This document shows, piece after piece, positions 1 to 13,799 of a stretch of 64,000 nucleotides of DNA. The stretch is from Chiloscyllium plagiosum (Eukaryota): positions 23,422,560-23,486,559 of the forward strand of contig NC_057720.1 in NCBI RefSeq assembly GCF_004010195.1. Direction: 5' to 3'. Both the position numbers and the translations under genes were made by a program. Below the pieces are notes generated by a model, which saw only the letters and a program-made list of their open reading frames with translations, had not been told where the DNA came from and made no database searches. Position 1 is the first letter of the stretch; the number at the start of each line of letters is the position of its first letter.

Positions 1-647
1 AATCCCAGTTAAATCCTATTTGCACACACAGAACATAATCAATCTCTATGGAAAAGTGGTAAGCTTAAAATTAAATAACATCATGAAAATTTTATAGATG
101 CAAAATAATTGCTGAAACTTCAGTGTAACTGATGATTTGCACACAACTATTCCACATCAGATCTACTGATAAAAGGGCATTGAAACAAGAATAGGTTATT
201 CAGATCAATGAGCCTGCATGAGCATTCAATTCAATCATTGGGTGTAATTTTGCCAACCCCTGAACAATGTCGGCAATGGCCAGTCAGTTCGGAAAATGAG
301 ACAAGATTTAAAAAAAGATAATTTTGATGTCAAGAGAAATAAAAGCTAAATTTTCCTTGGTGAGAACAAGACTCTCGCCAAGGAGGGGCAAGAAGTATAT
401 TTTTATGCATCTACATATCACTGTTACCTTTTCTCACCTCATTTATCCGCAGCTTCCTATTCTGCCACATGGTGGAAAGAAACGACACTTCTTCAGATGA
501 AAGTCAGAGGTGGGTATCTGGCGATTTCTATCTTGGACAGCCAGCACTAGATTGCCTGCACCCTGTGTCCATGGGTTTGGCATGGGATATGCACTACCCT
601 ACCATATCATCATAGAGACAAAAAAACTGACAATGCTGGATTACAAG

Positions 648-787
648 GTAGACAAGCAGGAGGTTGGGAGAACACAGCAAGCCAGGCAGCATCAAGAGGT
701 GGAGAAGTAAATAAATGGGATGGAGGGGGCAGGATGGTGAGGTGAGGATAGGTGAATACAGGTAGAGGATGCGACCTGGTTGGTCAA
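648..787 (-). mobile_element. Penelope-like element 3' terminal fragment
   Basis: Reverse complement resembles the 3' end of the Penelope element at about 33520-33725 (cttgctgtgttc...agcctcctgcttgtctac). Confidence 0.6.
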
Positions 788-1149
788 ACAACCCCCACCA
801 TCCCCTTTCTCAAATCCAAGAGGACTGTTGTCAGTCAGAGGGCACTGGTACAATAAGTGAAGGAGGTCAACCAATCTCAGTTGAGTGGGATGAACACCTT
901 CACTTGGGCCATTCAGAGTTGGAGTTCTGCATTATTACCGTCTATTGTCAGACCTGCAGGTCCAATTCCACCAGTCCAATTATTTAATTCACTTGATCAC
1001 TGGTCTCAGCACAGTTCCAGTGAATTCCATCCCACTGGAACAGCTACCTCCTATCCCAATAGAGTTGTCATTGCCACATGAGCCAAAGCCTATTCCTCCC
1101 ATCCAAACTTCATGCCATTCATTTATATCCTTGGCCTTTTTTAATTCTA

Positions 1150-1366
1150 GCTGAAAATGTGTTGATGGAAAAGCGCAGCAGTTCAGGCAGCATCCAAGGA
1201 GCAGGAGAATCAACGTTTCGGGCATGAGCCCTTCTTGAGGAATGAAGAAGGGCTCATGCCCTAAACGTCGATTCTCCTGCTCCTTGGATGCTGCCTGACC
1301 TACTGCGCTTTTCCAGCAACACATTTTCTGCTCTGATCTCCAGCATCTGCAGTCCTCACTTTCTCC
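1150..1366 (+). mobile_element. Palindromic Penelope-derived short element with hammerhead-like cores
   Basis: Near-perfect inverted arms 1150-~1243 and ~1244-1331, plus an unpaired 35-nt tail ending ctcactttctcc. Direct repeat ttttttaattcta at 1137-1149 and 1367-1379. Confidence 0.8.
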
Positions 1367-2374
1367 TTTTTTAATTCTATGCTAGTTTTCCGGTAGCAAG
1401 GGTAATCATCCTGAGATTACTACTTTGAAGGTGTTGCTGTTTAATTTAGCTGCTAACTGTTCAAATTCATTCAGCAGAACCTCATTTCTCTTCCTATCTA
1501 TGTCATTGGTACCAACGTGAATGACAACAACTGTGTATCACTCCAAGTTCCTCTCTAACGCTGAGAAGATAATCTTGGCATGAGGCAGGCAGTCCTTAAG
1601 GAGTCACTTTCATTGCTGCAGAGAACAGTATTTACCTCCCTTTTCATACTACCCCCTAACACTACTATGTTCTTGACCGCCCTACCACGGCTATGTTCTT
1701 GACTGGTTCCAAAATGCCAGGATCAGTTCACTCGTCCTCCCAAGAGTTCCCACTCTCATCCACACAGCTTGCAATGACCTCATAACTATCGGACACTTGC
1801 AGGGACTGAGACAGTGATCCATTAAAGGGGTGCATGTATTGCTATATAACACTATACTATGTCACTTCACTCCTGCATCTTGTACCAGCAACCACATGAT
1901 ATGTGCTACAGCCAAATATAGTCTTCTGACATTTCAGTGAATCATGAACAAATACAATAAAGAAGTTCCAGTAATGAAATTAAAATTTCCAATGCTTTTA
2001 TTTAATTGATTATAATTAATTTTGGTAAATGTCAATAAGTGAAAGATTTTTCAAATAAAATACTTAAGAAATGCATTATGTCAGGCAGGATTCAAGCATT
2101 GCTCCCAGGATTGTTGGATATTTGAGGTTTGAGGTAAGGGGAGAATGTAACATTTAAATAAATTTATTTATTGTCTTAGTCTGTTTCATTATGGATTTTG
2201 GTAAATTAGTCATTAAGAAACATGCAAATAAGCCAAGTTATTAAATGGTGTTTTCACATGATTACAAGTGCTCTGCGCTGTAGCACTCAAAAGGCATAGG
2301 CTGTGTCTGGAGATTACTCTGTCAAGTATATATTATATGAGTTATAACTTAAACAGAATCCACAAACCTTATTT

Positions 2375-2608
2375 AGAACATAGAAAAGTACAGCACAGAA
2401 CAGGCCCTTTGGCCCACAATGTTGTGCCGAGGTTTAATCCTAATGTAAAATATAGTAACAACCTATGCATCCCTCAACTCACTGCTATCCATGTGTATGT
2501 CCAATAGTCACTTAAATGTCCTCAATGACTCTGCTTCCACCACCACAACTGGCAACGCATTCCATGCATTCACAACTCTCTGCATAAAGAATCTACCTCT
2601 GACTTCTC
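2375..2608 (-). mobile_element. CR1/HER1-type LINE 3' end fragment
   Basis: tagaacatagaa tail, and similarity to the 3' ends of the CR1 copies at 15051 and 50890 (RVVxAWNALP region). Confidence 0.75.
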
Positions 2609-3129
2609 CAAACACTGGTTATTGACTTTATTTATTCCACTCATTTAGATAACACAAGGATATTAGTACATGGTATGCAGTTGGACCACTTTTTTCTTTG
2701 AAAAAATGATAAGAAAGAAACCAGTCTTACAAATTTAAATGCCAAAAGGAAACAGCAACAAACAAAATCCAGCAACTATTGAGAATGTCCCATAGGTCGG
2801 AACATTGAATAAGATTTCTTCACAAACTATGAGGTGGTCAGGTTCCCGCAGCAGTGAGCTGAATCAAATTTGCCCTGCCTAAAGTCTGTTTCAAATGTGA
2901 ATGGTCCTTGGCAATCAGCTCCATGATGAGCAACAGAAAGTATGCCAAAATTCAAATGATGAAGAGGGAAGTGCTCTGTATTTAGGAACAATGCAGAATC
3001 AACCGAATGAACCCTAAAAGATACATCAATCCAAAACAAGAGAGGAAGGAACATTAAATACCATGCTGAAAGTACAAAAGGAACATGTAAGTTAAATATA
3101 AAGTGAAGAGACAAACAAACATTAAGAGG

Positions 3130-4520
3130 ATGGATACTTCATCCCTCATCATGAACTGGAATGCCACAGATTTCCTAACTGAGTCGACATCTTTTTTAAA
3201 CAGAGGATGCAGCAATGTTCCATTGACGAGCAATTGCAGAACTGGTTAAACAAATTCTGAAGATACTGAAAGCAGTTCTTAAATAAAAAAGGATTGCATA
3301 GAGTCAATACCTTGAGCTCATCTGAAGAGGACCCAGAAATATCCCACAAATTTCTGGAAAATCCTAGAAGCCCAGTAGCAAGTAAGTATCAGCTTTGAGT
3401 TCATCATTTTGAATTGACATTCTACAGACAAACGCTACAGGAAACAATAGATCAATTTGTCAGTAGAAACTGTAATAAGGACATCAAATGTCATTTATCA
3501 GAGGCTGGGCTGTCAGTTTGGACAATGGAGTTGGTGATTAGTTTATCAGCTATTGAAGTATTCTAAAAAGGCCTTTTGGAAGAAAAGAAAGATCATAGTA
3601 TTCATTCAGTGGTAGCAAAAGGCAGAAACTATGAAGCCATTGCAGCTGGACTATAACACCAATGAGCATTAGATGCAGCAAACTGTACAGACATGGTAGT
3701 CAGGACACTAAAAGAAATCACGTTGCATGTAGTTCATCACAACCACTAAAAAGCTAATCTGTATTTCAAGATCGGTGCAAGCCACATAATGCAAGAGGAT
3801 TCTGGGCTGTCCGATTCAATCGATCTGTCTCCAAAAACGCTACCGGAGATTACATAGAAGAACAATGAAACAAAGTACAGGTGTTGCCTTTTGGCAATAG
3901 CTGTAAAAAATATGTCACAGAGTTGCATAATTATAAGTCAATACACAAAATTCACAGCAAACCAGATTTGAATCAAATTCCATCAAGAATGAATAATTTT
4001 CCAACCAGAGGACAAATAGGCCTTCCACTTTGTGCATGTAACACATTGTATGGACAAAGTCAACAAATTAGAAACCTTTACCACAATCAAAATTATTTGT
4101 TCAAAGAAAACTAGCAAACACAAATTCAAAACCAAGATTGACACGCGAGCTAATGCAAATATCCTCTCTGTCTAACTTCTGAATTATGTGTACTGAAATT
4201 GTTGGTCAATCACACCACTTGGTAGTGGCACCAAAGTTCTCTGCCTTATTGTCATAATTGCAACAAGGACATTTGGCCATAGATTAGATAAGATGATGGG
4301 CATGTCATATGGCCTATTAACCAGATCTTAATTAAAAAGTGCATGAAAATGTGCAAAGAATGCCAGAGTTAACAGCCACAGCAACATAGAGAATCTCTAC
4401 ACCTGTACAAGATTCTGTCTGTTCCTTGGTCCAAAATAGCCATGAATGGAGACAGCTTCTGCTTTGTCTCTGATTATTTCCCCACACTTCCAGTCGTCAG
4501 AGAGGTCAAGGATACTTTAC
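3130..4520 (+). mobile_element. Highly decayed Gypsy LTR-retrotransposon internal remnant (gag, protease, integrase pieces)
   Basis: Gag-like RQTLQETIDQFV (~3426). Protease-like KIDTRANANILS (~4135, decayed DTGA). Integrase zinc-finger/core-like CKECQS...PWSKIA...DYF (~4350-4480). Many stops and frameshifts. Confidence 0.55.
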
Positions 4521-5726
4521 TTAAAATAGTGGACTATGGGTGTTAGTTATTTTTGCTTTAAAAAGATTAACAATGGCCAAAGAGTCCTTTTTGGAATTGT
4601 GATCTAATCCACAAGTGTGAGAGAACAGATCACTGCAAGTCCCCTGGGAGTTAGTGAAAGATTATTTATAATGCATGGTTATTCAGGGAGCAAACCTTGA
4701 AGGAATTAGTTTATTTTTGGTTTACAATAATCAATGTTTGAGTTTTAATTTTTAAAAAATCCTAGAGATTGAAAGCTTTTAGGGCTGTTTTGGAAAAGAC
4801 CTGACTGAGTTGAGAAGGAAATTTCTCTTCAAGAAAGGAATATAGAACAGTTCAAACACAGCTCAGTTACCTTGGTATTGAAGTTTAACTTGTGGAACTT
4901 ACATACCATGGATGTTTGGTTAGAAATCAGCAGATTATTAAAAGATTGGAAAAGTCTAAACTTTGATTATTCATGTTAGAAGATGTTCACAGTTCAGAGG
5001 AAAAAATTAAAGAGAAGCAATTAACCCAAAGTTTTGATATGGAAGAATAATTTCTCTAGATTTGACAAACTGTAAACTAATAGTGTTAGAGAATAGATGA
5101 GACTTTTCTTTGCTGTTTTCTTTAAAAAATCTTTCCAACTATGTTCTATATTTAGATGGCTTGGTTTGTTTATCTTCTTTTGTGCAATAAAATTCTGTTT
5201 TGTTAAAAAAATTATGTAGCCTGTGTGCCTATATTTCAGTGAATACATCAGCTAGGATTACAAAATCTGAAAAATACCCTTCAAATTACTGCTATCTTTA
5301 AATTGAGTAATAAATGCCAACTTGTCTAGATTTCAGCTGGAGATCACTGCTCAGATTCTTGGATTTAAGTATTCACACTCACTGCACAGTCTCCAAGTGT
5401 CAATTTAGGTAAGTTACTTTTTACATCTGCTTAGCCTCCTGTATTTGTGCAAACTTTGAATTCCCGTAAGGTAAGTCAGCCATTGTTGGCTAGGGAACTA
5501 GTACAACCTAGTAATTGGAGTGCTAAGAACTGAGGCTGTGGCCATTGGTGATGCTGAGACTATGTCTCAACATATTACCTAAGTTGAGACATAGTCCTCT
5601 CGCTGTCTCTCCCCATCTCTCCCTTGTCTCATTCTGCTTTATTATCGAAAGCTGTGCATGGTATAAAGATGAGACTCTTGCTTCCCCCAAAACAATCCTA
5701 CATTCCTACCTTTCTCCTTCTCATCA

Positions 5727-6050
5727 GAGGGTCCAGGGACCTGGGTTCAATTCCAGTCTAGGGCAACTGGGTCTGTGTGAGTTTGCACATTCTCCTTGTG
5801 TCTGCGTGGGTTCTGTCTGGGTGCTCTGGTTTCGTCCCACAATACAAAGATGTGCAGGTCAGATGAATTGGCCATGCTAAATTGCCCACAGTGTTCAGGG
5901 ATGTGTAGGTTAGGTGCATTAGTCAAGGGTAAATATAGGATAACAGAGTAGGGGAATAGGTGTGGGTGGGTTACTCTTCAGATGGTCAGTGTAGACTTGT
6001 GGGACTGAAAGGCCTATGTCCACATGTAGGGCTTCTATGATTCTATGATT
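5727..6050 (+). mobile_element. HE1-type tRNA-derived SINE (5'-truncated)
   Basis: B-box gggttcaattcc, body gagtttgcacattctcc...gtctgcgtggg, CR1-like 3' end with (ttctatga)n tail. Confidence 0.85.
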
Positions 6051-6934
6051 CTAGATGTCCAAGAATTGTAACCTGACCAGGCAGTACCGATAGACTAAGA
6101 CCTGGAAAAGTAGGGAGTAACTGATGAACAAAAAAACCTGAACACTAGTTCTCACATTCACACTCACCCTCTCAAGTATTAACAAGGTACAGACATGATT
6201 AAAGCTTAAAAAGAGTCTGCACATAATAAGACATGGATGAGTGACTTGCAGCCAGGGGAGGCAATGAATGTAGCATTGATGGCAGTTTGCTGAAAGGGTG
6301 TAGTTGCTGCAGAGGATGAGGATTTCAATATGGCAATACACAGAAGAAGACTGATAAATGCAAGGTACCTTGGTGGCTCTGCCAGAAAACCCATTGTCAA
6401 TATTAAGAAACATGGAAGATTCCAGCAGTAACCTGGCACAAGATATTTTGCAGAGCTTGAACTCATCTGGTCCAATGTCAAAGTTCTGACTAATTCCATA
6501 ACAACACTTGTCCACTTATGAGTGCCAGTCTGCCTGTAACTCTGCCATCATGCTTCTCTCTGGCTAATCATATTTTTCAATCACTTCACCTACTTCAATG
6601 ATATTACACATTCATTTTCTACACTCGAGGGAAAACACCCTTAGACAATGCAACCTGAATTTATAATTTAACCTCTAATCTCCAAAAATATTCTACGTTT
6701 AAAACATATCTTTCGTGAGGTGTGGTCATAGAAAGAAATATACACTAAGCCTATGGAAAAAAAATTGAATTCCTCAAGTAGATATTAAATTTCATAAATA
6801 AACAGCTATAATTTCAAGAACAGCAGCAAGACTGATTACATTATTAAAACCTCTTAACATTATCAATCACCCCAGGAATTGACTGTACCAGCAGATCTGA
6901 GTAGTCATGAGGTTTGGGAACTCAGCAAGAATTC

Positions 6935-8215
6935 ATGACCATTGGCTCTGACCTCCATAATCATGAAGTACTTCGAAAGGCTGGTCATAGCCCACATCAT
7001 CTCTGCCTCCTAGCCTGCCTCCATCCCCTGCAATTCACCTACTAATGTTACAGGTCCACAGCAGACCCTATATCCCTAGCCCTGCGCTCATCCCTGGAAC
7101 ATCTGGACAGCAAGGACACCTATGTCAGATCCTGTTGATTGACTACAGCTCCTCCTTCAACACCATTATCCCCTCCAGACTGATCTCAAAATTCTGTGAC
7201 CTTGGTCTCAGCTCTGCCCTTTGCAACTGGATCCTCAGCTTCCTGACCCATAGACCGAAACCAGTGTCCAGTGAATGTAGACGACTGCACCTCCTCCATG
7301 ATAACCCTCAACACTGGAGTCCCCCAAGGATGCATTCTGAACCCCCTAATGTATTCCCTGAACACCCATGACTGTGTAGTCAAATTCCGAAAGAACAGTA
7401 TGTACATGTTTGCTGATGACACCACTCTAGTAGGATACTGGGTTAGAATACAGAGGTAGATAGAGAGGTGGGGGATGTGGTGCAATGATAACAGCACCTC
7501 TCTCAATGCCGGCCAAACAAAAGAACTGATCATTGACTTCAGAAAGAAAGACAGACAACAACTCCCCCTCCCCCCCAAACGGAATGGAGGTTGAGAGGGT
7601 TGGGAGCATCACGTTTCTGTGAGTGACCATAACTGACAACCTATCCTCGACTTCCCAAGTAGATGCGATGGTAAAGAAGGCGCAACAATGCCTCTTCTTT
7701 AGGAGCGTAGAAAATTCAGCATTTCCATAAGGACCCTCACCAGCCTTTACAGGTGCACCATTGGAAGCATACTATCTGACTGCATAACAGTCTGGTATGG
7801 CAACTACTCAGCCCAGGACCATAAGAAACTACAGAAGGCTGTGCGCACAGCACAGACCATCACGGAAGCCAACCTTCCAGCTTTGGACTGCCGCAGGAAA
7901 GCTGCCAACATCATCAAAGACCCCTTCCATCCTGGTGACGCCTTCTTACAACCTTTTCTGTCAGGTAGAAGATACGGAAGCTTGAAAATATGCACCAACA
8001 GGTTCAAGAATAGCTTCTTCCCTGCTGTTCTGAGGCTGATAAATGAACTCTGTAACTTCAAACTGTGTTGATTGTGCTTTGCGCACTTCTGAGCACTGTA
8101 ACCTGTATGCCTCAGTCTGTCTCAGCACCCCATGATCTGTATGTCCTTGCTTACTATGATCTGCCTGTACTGCTCGCATGTATTTAGTTACGTGTGATAA
8201 CAACAAATCCGATCA
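6935..8215 (+). mobile_element. Rex1/Babar-type non-LTR retrotransposon, 5'-truncated and decayed
   Basis: RT motifs [60 protein letters not shown]-terminal IIKDPFHPG...GRRY...RFKNSFFP. Confidence 0.8.
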
Positions 8216-11200
8216 AATTCATAGTAACCACAGTTTTCAAAGCATTAGAATTCAGCTGTAATCCCCCAGAAAGAACAAACAGTGATTTTTTTTCTCTTTC
8301 AAAGCAAACTGTGTTATCCAACAGAATGGAGCGTTTGATGATCCTTCCTATACCTTCACCAGTAAGACATTTTTTTCAAAGAAAAATGATATTTGGATAT
8401 TGTATCTCAGTCTAAAACATGATTGGAGTGTTTGTCAACACATTTTTCTTGTCTTGAATGAATTATGGTGTTTTTTCTCTTTGCCAAAAGTAATGCAATG
8501 CAAGTCAACATTTAAACAATGGTGATCAATAAATTGATTACACTACCATGTGGAACAGAGTCCTATGACTATTTACTACATTAAAACAGATCTAATTTAT
8601 GATATATTATCTAATAGTGACATAAAAGGGGTTGAAATACGTGACTGTCAGAATGTCCAGATTCCTTTGCAGGCTTCCACCAGTGGTCACAAAATTCTCC
8701 AAAGGAGAGATTTTTGTTTGAATTTCTTGAAGCTGCACCAGCTCAAGAGAATAACTTGGGGATGAAAACTCATAATGGAAACCCTGGTTTTAGAAGAAGT
8801 GCATGTGTGGTTTGCACCCAGGGCTTTCCTGACCCAAAAAAAGATCAGATGGAAATGCAGTTGGGTTGGGAAGGCAAAGGAGAAGTGTTTTCTCACAAAA
8901 GCAAACTAAGTTCAGTGTTTCATGAGGTGATCCCTTCTCCTCCAGAAGAAAAGAAATTATCTTCATGACAGCGCTAAAATCCTAATCAAATTTAACAGTA
9001 GCACAGTGCATCCAGGTTAAGTCCAGTGAGCATAATAGAGTTTAGAAATGGAGAAGATATGTTCCTTTTTTATAGTAGTCATTGTTGTACTAGATAAGAT
9101 TTTAATGATCCAGCCTTTAAATGAATGATTGTGGGTTAGTGGATGGTTTGATGAGTATCAATGCGTGAGTGGATCAATGAGTAGGTCAGTGAGGGTGGGT
9201 AAGGCAGGTGATGTGGGAGAGGTGGGTGAGTGGGTAAGTGGGTAGTTGCGTCCATTTGAATCAGTCAGGTTGGCAATCAGTCAAGTCAGGTGGAGTGTGT
9301 TCAGGGGAGTTGTTGGTTAAGGAGCTACTCAATCGTTAAATCAGATGTTGAACTGCCTAACATTTCTGAGGTAGGTATATAGGTAAATCCCAACTACCCT
9401 GTCCAGGTTTCCATCCTCAGCTTAGTGCTAAAGATATTCGCAAGGGATCCCAGGCTGAAGGGTATCAGCCCATTCCTTGTTTAAATATCCTGGGAAATTT
9501 CCAAGTATGTCTGTGTGGTAAGGTTTTGGAGGATCCTGAGGCACATCTCCCCGCATACGTCCCATCTGAGCCAATCCAGAGAGTGAAGATTTGGGCGTGT
9601 TAAAAATGTCCTAAAGCGTTAACACACACGTAATGAAAAGTTTGACAAGGAATCATTGTTGGAGGAAGAGGATAGAAATCTTTACTAAAGACAGCTTGGC
9701 TATGAGTAAATGGATTAGAATGAAACCAATGAGGAGGACAAATGTTTGAGATGAATGGTGTAGCCAACCGTGTTGAAAACTATAGAGATTGAAGGCAAGG
9801 AGGAATAACACTCTAGGTCACAGATGCTTTAATTAGGGTTATTTCGGATTATATAAAGGGCAGAAAGCTAAGTTGAAAGAATTCAAACCTGGAAGTATGA
9901 AAGCGATGTGTTTGCAGTTGTGAATTAAAGTACTCAAGAAACTTGGAAAGGATGGTTAGAGTTAGTGAGGTAGTTCATTGATCAGGGAGGTTAATAGTGT
10001 TTGCTTTTATTGAGGAGCAGGGCCATAGCAGCAGTTTTGGTTGGGCCAAGCAGAGTTGCATTGTTCGGAGCATGAACAAGACTATGCCAATGAGATGAAC
10101 TGGGGATGTCTGAGAGGGAGACACATGGGAAATCTACTCAACACCTTATCTAACAATCAATAAGAAAAACATAATGCATTAGCAATTATTTCTTCAAGTC
10201 TACTCCAATAATTCTATGGTTCAGTTCATTGGGCCTCTTATTTGTGTAATAAATGTTTCTACAATTTGAGATATATTATTTTAAATAACCTATTTGGCTT
10301 TACAAATTCAGACATTAATTCAAAATTATGAAACCATTTAACCATATTTAAAAATGTCTAATTTATACATTTAATTGTATAAAATGCTAATATAAGCAAG
10401 TATTGGTCCATTCAAAATATTTCAAATATTTTTATTCATTTTATCTCATGAAGTCTGATGATATCATTATAGCTAAAAATAGTTTTTTTTTCTAATGAAT
10501 GCATTTGGTGTATAATGCTGCTAGCTCAGTAGATTCTAAAAACATTGAATTACATTTTGTCTTTCATAGAAATTCAACAGGGACACAAATCTGTTCTCCC
10601 AGTGTTGAAAAACCATGCAATGTGGGCAGATAGCGGTGGATTTGGGGTAGAATCCAGGTCTGACAACGGGTGCATTAAAATGACGCAAATAGACAGGTGT
10701 GTTACAATTCCACAAATGTGAATGAAATACTTGAAAGAGCATATTTCCCACAGTTTGAGCCATAGTGTATATTGATTGCCAGAGGCACCATGCAGCTTTG
10801 GCACACAATGCTACAAAGACTATTGTGGGATGGATGAGGAGAGGCACTTAAAATTAAAATGACAGACAACGGTCAGGAAATTTCTTGGAGCTGATGTTCC
10901 TTGGCAAAGTTGGAACAGCTCTGAGAATGTCTTATTAATTTTTTCCCCCAAAATTGATCCTGCTTTATTAGCTGCAAATTTGTCTTTATCAAAAACAATA
11001 GCATCCTTCAGCTTTTAGTTACAAATGTATCTCGCACTTATGTTGCAGCTAATAACTATGAATCTGTGCCTCCTACACAAGAGATGGGAGCCACACAATG
11101 GTATTGTAAATGGCATAAGTTCTTGCCTAATTTATGGAAATATCTTTGACCTCTGGTGGGATGGTTTGTCCCACTAATACAATCATTAGGTGGGTGTCAA

Positions 11201-11634
11201 GTCTGCTCTGCCATAATAATAGCAGCAGAGTGGGCTAAGGAAAAACATGAGGTCAGCATTAAATGCAAAAATTAGTGCTGCCATTTGTTTTACTCACTAT
11301 TGCTTCCTTAGATTTATTTGTTTAATATGAAGTCAACATCAGTATTAATGTGTTTTCCAAACTGCACCTGGCAGAGATTATACAATCTTGCAATTATTTA
11401 TATTAGAGACAATGAAATCAAATTGATTCTCAAGAAGTAGGGACAATTTTACCAATAATTTAATAATAATATTTATCTGTTATGTTAAAGAATGAAATTA
11501 TGCTTCTTAACATACTACAGTGCAATTTATATTAACAGATTTATGCTGTAAAGCTGAATAGTAATGGAGAGTCATTCTTTTTATTTGATTTGTTGAAGTA
11601 TAGTGAGGATAAGTTAGTAAAGGTAACTCTAGTC

Positions 11635-11795
11635 TTACCAGACCATAGGGCTGCTCCTTCATTAGAGAGAGCAACAACAGATGCTGGTTTAACCTGAGAG
11701 TCACCACACCTTAGGTAAGGGGAGAGGTTGAGAAGAAAATTCCTTCAGAATAATCCCAACCAGTGTGGGAATTGAACCCATGCTGTTGGCATTAC
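11635..11795 (-). mobile_element. Old tRNA-headed SINE (same family at ~23415-23590 minus and ~36325-36512 plus)
   Basis: Shared motifs tttaacctgag.gtcaccacacct.agg.aagggg...gttgaga and ggaattgaaccc (B box on minus strand). The plus-strand copy at 36325 begins with an A-box-like tagctcaattgg. Confidence 0.6.
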
Positions 11796-12293
11796 TCTGT
11801 GGCTGCTACATGACCTCCACAAATGACTTTTTATTTGGAAATTTATATGGGATCATTTAATGTCAATATTACTTGGTAAAAGGGGAAAATGCATGCAGTT
11901 CGAGCACTTTGCTCCACATCGCGATCATGCACATAGTCCCCAATATTTGAAGAATAACAACTCTTCAAGAGAACAAATATTCTCTCACAGCCATGTTTAG
12001 TACTTATGGTGGAAGAGAAAAATTTAAATTCTTCCTCATTTCTTAACCAATCAACACTAAAATCTATAAAGTGAAAAAAAATCATTCACATACAAATATT
12101 TTCATAGCAGTGATACCTATAAACTCTTTGTAAGAGTGAAAGCAGAGCAATCTTTGAGTCACAAAGCAAGTCAGAGACCACTTTTATCAGGAAGATCTAA
12201 TACACATATAGACGATCATGTAAATTTGCATCAGTACTTCATCATTGTTTAAACACCTGATTATTTATTGTTTCCACTTGTTTTCAGAACTTG

Positions 12294-12928
12294 GCTGAAA
12301 ATGTGTTGCTGGAAAAGCGCAGCAGGTCAGGCAGCATCCAAGGAGCAGGAGAATCGACGTTTCGGGCATAATCCCTTCTTCAGGAATGAGGAAAGTGTGT
12401 CCAGCAGGCTAAGATAAAAGGTAGGGAGGAGGGACTTGGGGGAGGGGCTTTGGAAATGTGATAGGTGGAGGGAGGTCAAGGTGAGGGTGATAGGCCGGAG
12501 TGGGGTGNNNNNNNNNNNNNNNNNNNNNNNNNNNNNNNNNNNNNNNNNNNNNNNNNNNNNNNNNNNNNNNNNNNNNNNNNNNNNNNNNNNNNNNNNNNNN
12601 NNNNNNNNNNNNCGGAGGGAGTGGTCTTTACGGAATGCTGATAGGGGAGGGGAGGGAAATATATCACTGGTGGTGGGTCCGTTTGGAGGTGGCGGAAATG
12701 ACGGCGGATGATACGTTGTACATGGAGGTTGGTGGGGTGGTAGGTGATGACCAGTGGGGTTCTGTCTTGGTGGCGGTTGGAGGGGCGGGGCTCAAGGGCG
12801 GAGGAGCGGGAAGTGGATGCCCGAAACGTCGATTCTCCTTTTCCTTGGATGCTGCCTGACCTGCTGCGCTTTTCCAGCAACACATTTACAGCTCTGATCT
12901 CCAGCATCTGCAGCTCTCACTTTCTCTC
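12294..12928. mobile_element. Penelope-derived element: long antisense arm plus short sense 3' end
   Basis: Starts gctgaaaatgtgttgctgg as at 1150. The antisense arm encodes PLE linker-like DRTPLVITYHPTNLHVQRIIRRHFRHLQTDP. Ends ctcactttctct. Direct repeat ttcagaacttg at 12283-12293 and 12929-12939. Confidence 0.8.
12508..12612. other. Assembly gap (105 N)
   Basis: Run of N inside a G-rich Penelope arm. Confidence 0.99.
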
Positions 12929-13799
12929 TTCAGAACTTGGGCAAGGCTAAATTTATTAAACATTTCTGTGGGTCCTGAAGAGGTGCAAGTGAATCTACTC
13001 TGTGAACCATCTTATGCTTGTGGCTGCTCACATGACAGTGTTTCTTGCTGGTGAGCTCCAGGATTTTGACTTAAAATCAATAAGAATAGTTTGTTATTTG
13101 GAGGTCACATCATTCCCACAAAGTTCGTGAATCTCACCCATCTCACCACAGAAGTCCCAGAGGATGAGGCGCTTTTAGCAAAGTGTTGGGTTAGCTATTG
13201 CATATGTATGCTCTAGATTGCACTTTCTTCTTGCATGGTTCACTGAAGGTGAAAAGGCTGGACACTGAGTTTAGCGGCAGGAGCATGGATCAAGTTCTAC
13301 CCTAAATTGTGTTGAACTTCTTGAGTGTTATTGTGACCATATCCTTACAGGGTATTTTTAGTATCCCATCATGTAGCTGACTTGGAACATGACAGATAGC
13401 TTTGGGGAAGACAGGAGCTTAGCCATTTATTGCAAAGTACCCAGCCTCTGGCTGCCCTTATAACAATGATATGGTGGAAGGCCATCATATAGTGGAAAGT
13501 CTGGAGAAATAAAACCTGATTAATAATATTTGAATAAAAGATGCTGGCATGGATAAAGAAACAAGCACAACAAAATCAGAAACTAGATCTCAGGAATTCT
13601 AAACTTACAGCCATAAAAGTCAAAATGAGCCAAAAACCATAAGAAATTGGGAAGATGTGTTCATATAGAAGTTGCAAATCAACGAAAACTGAATAATTTT
13701 AAGGATCTGTGTAAGTCGGTCTGAGTTGAGGGTACATAAAATTCAAGATTAAAATTATGTTTCAATGTCAATTGTTCACAGTGTTGTAGTTTCAAGTTT

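Noticed and set aside
989..1324. Recurrent ORFs beginning MCCWKSA.GQAASKEQ (also 12664, 39285) as a peptide family
   Set aside because: These are antisense translations of the Penelope terminal repeat, not a gene family.
4530..5290. Possible solo LTR
   Set aside because: The composition and an AATAAA are LTR-like, but I could not define TG...CA ends, a TSD or a second copy.
6051..6515. 154-aa minus-strand ORF as a PLPPR5 exon
   Set aside because: No similarity to the PLPPR5 C-terminus. The plus strand (DLQPGE...) looks more like Gypsy integrase C-terminal debris, too weak to call.
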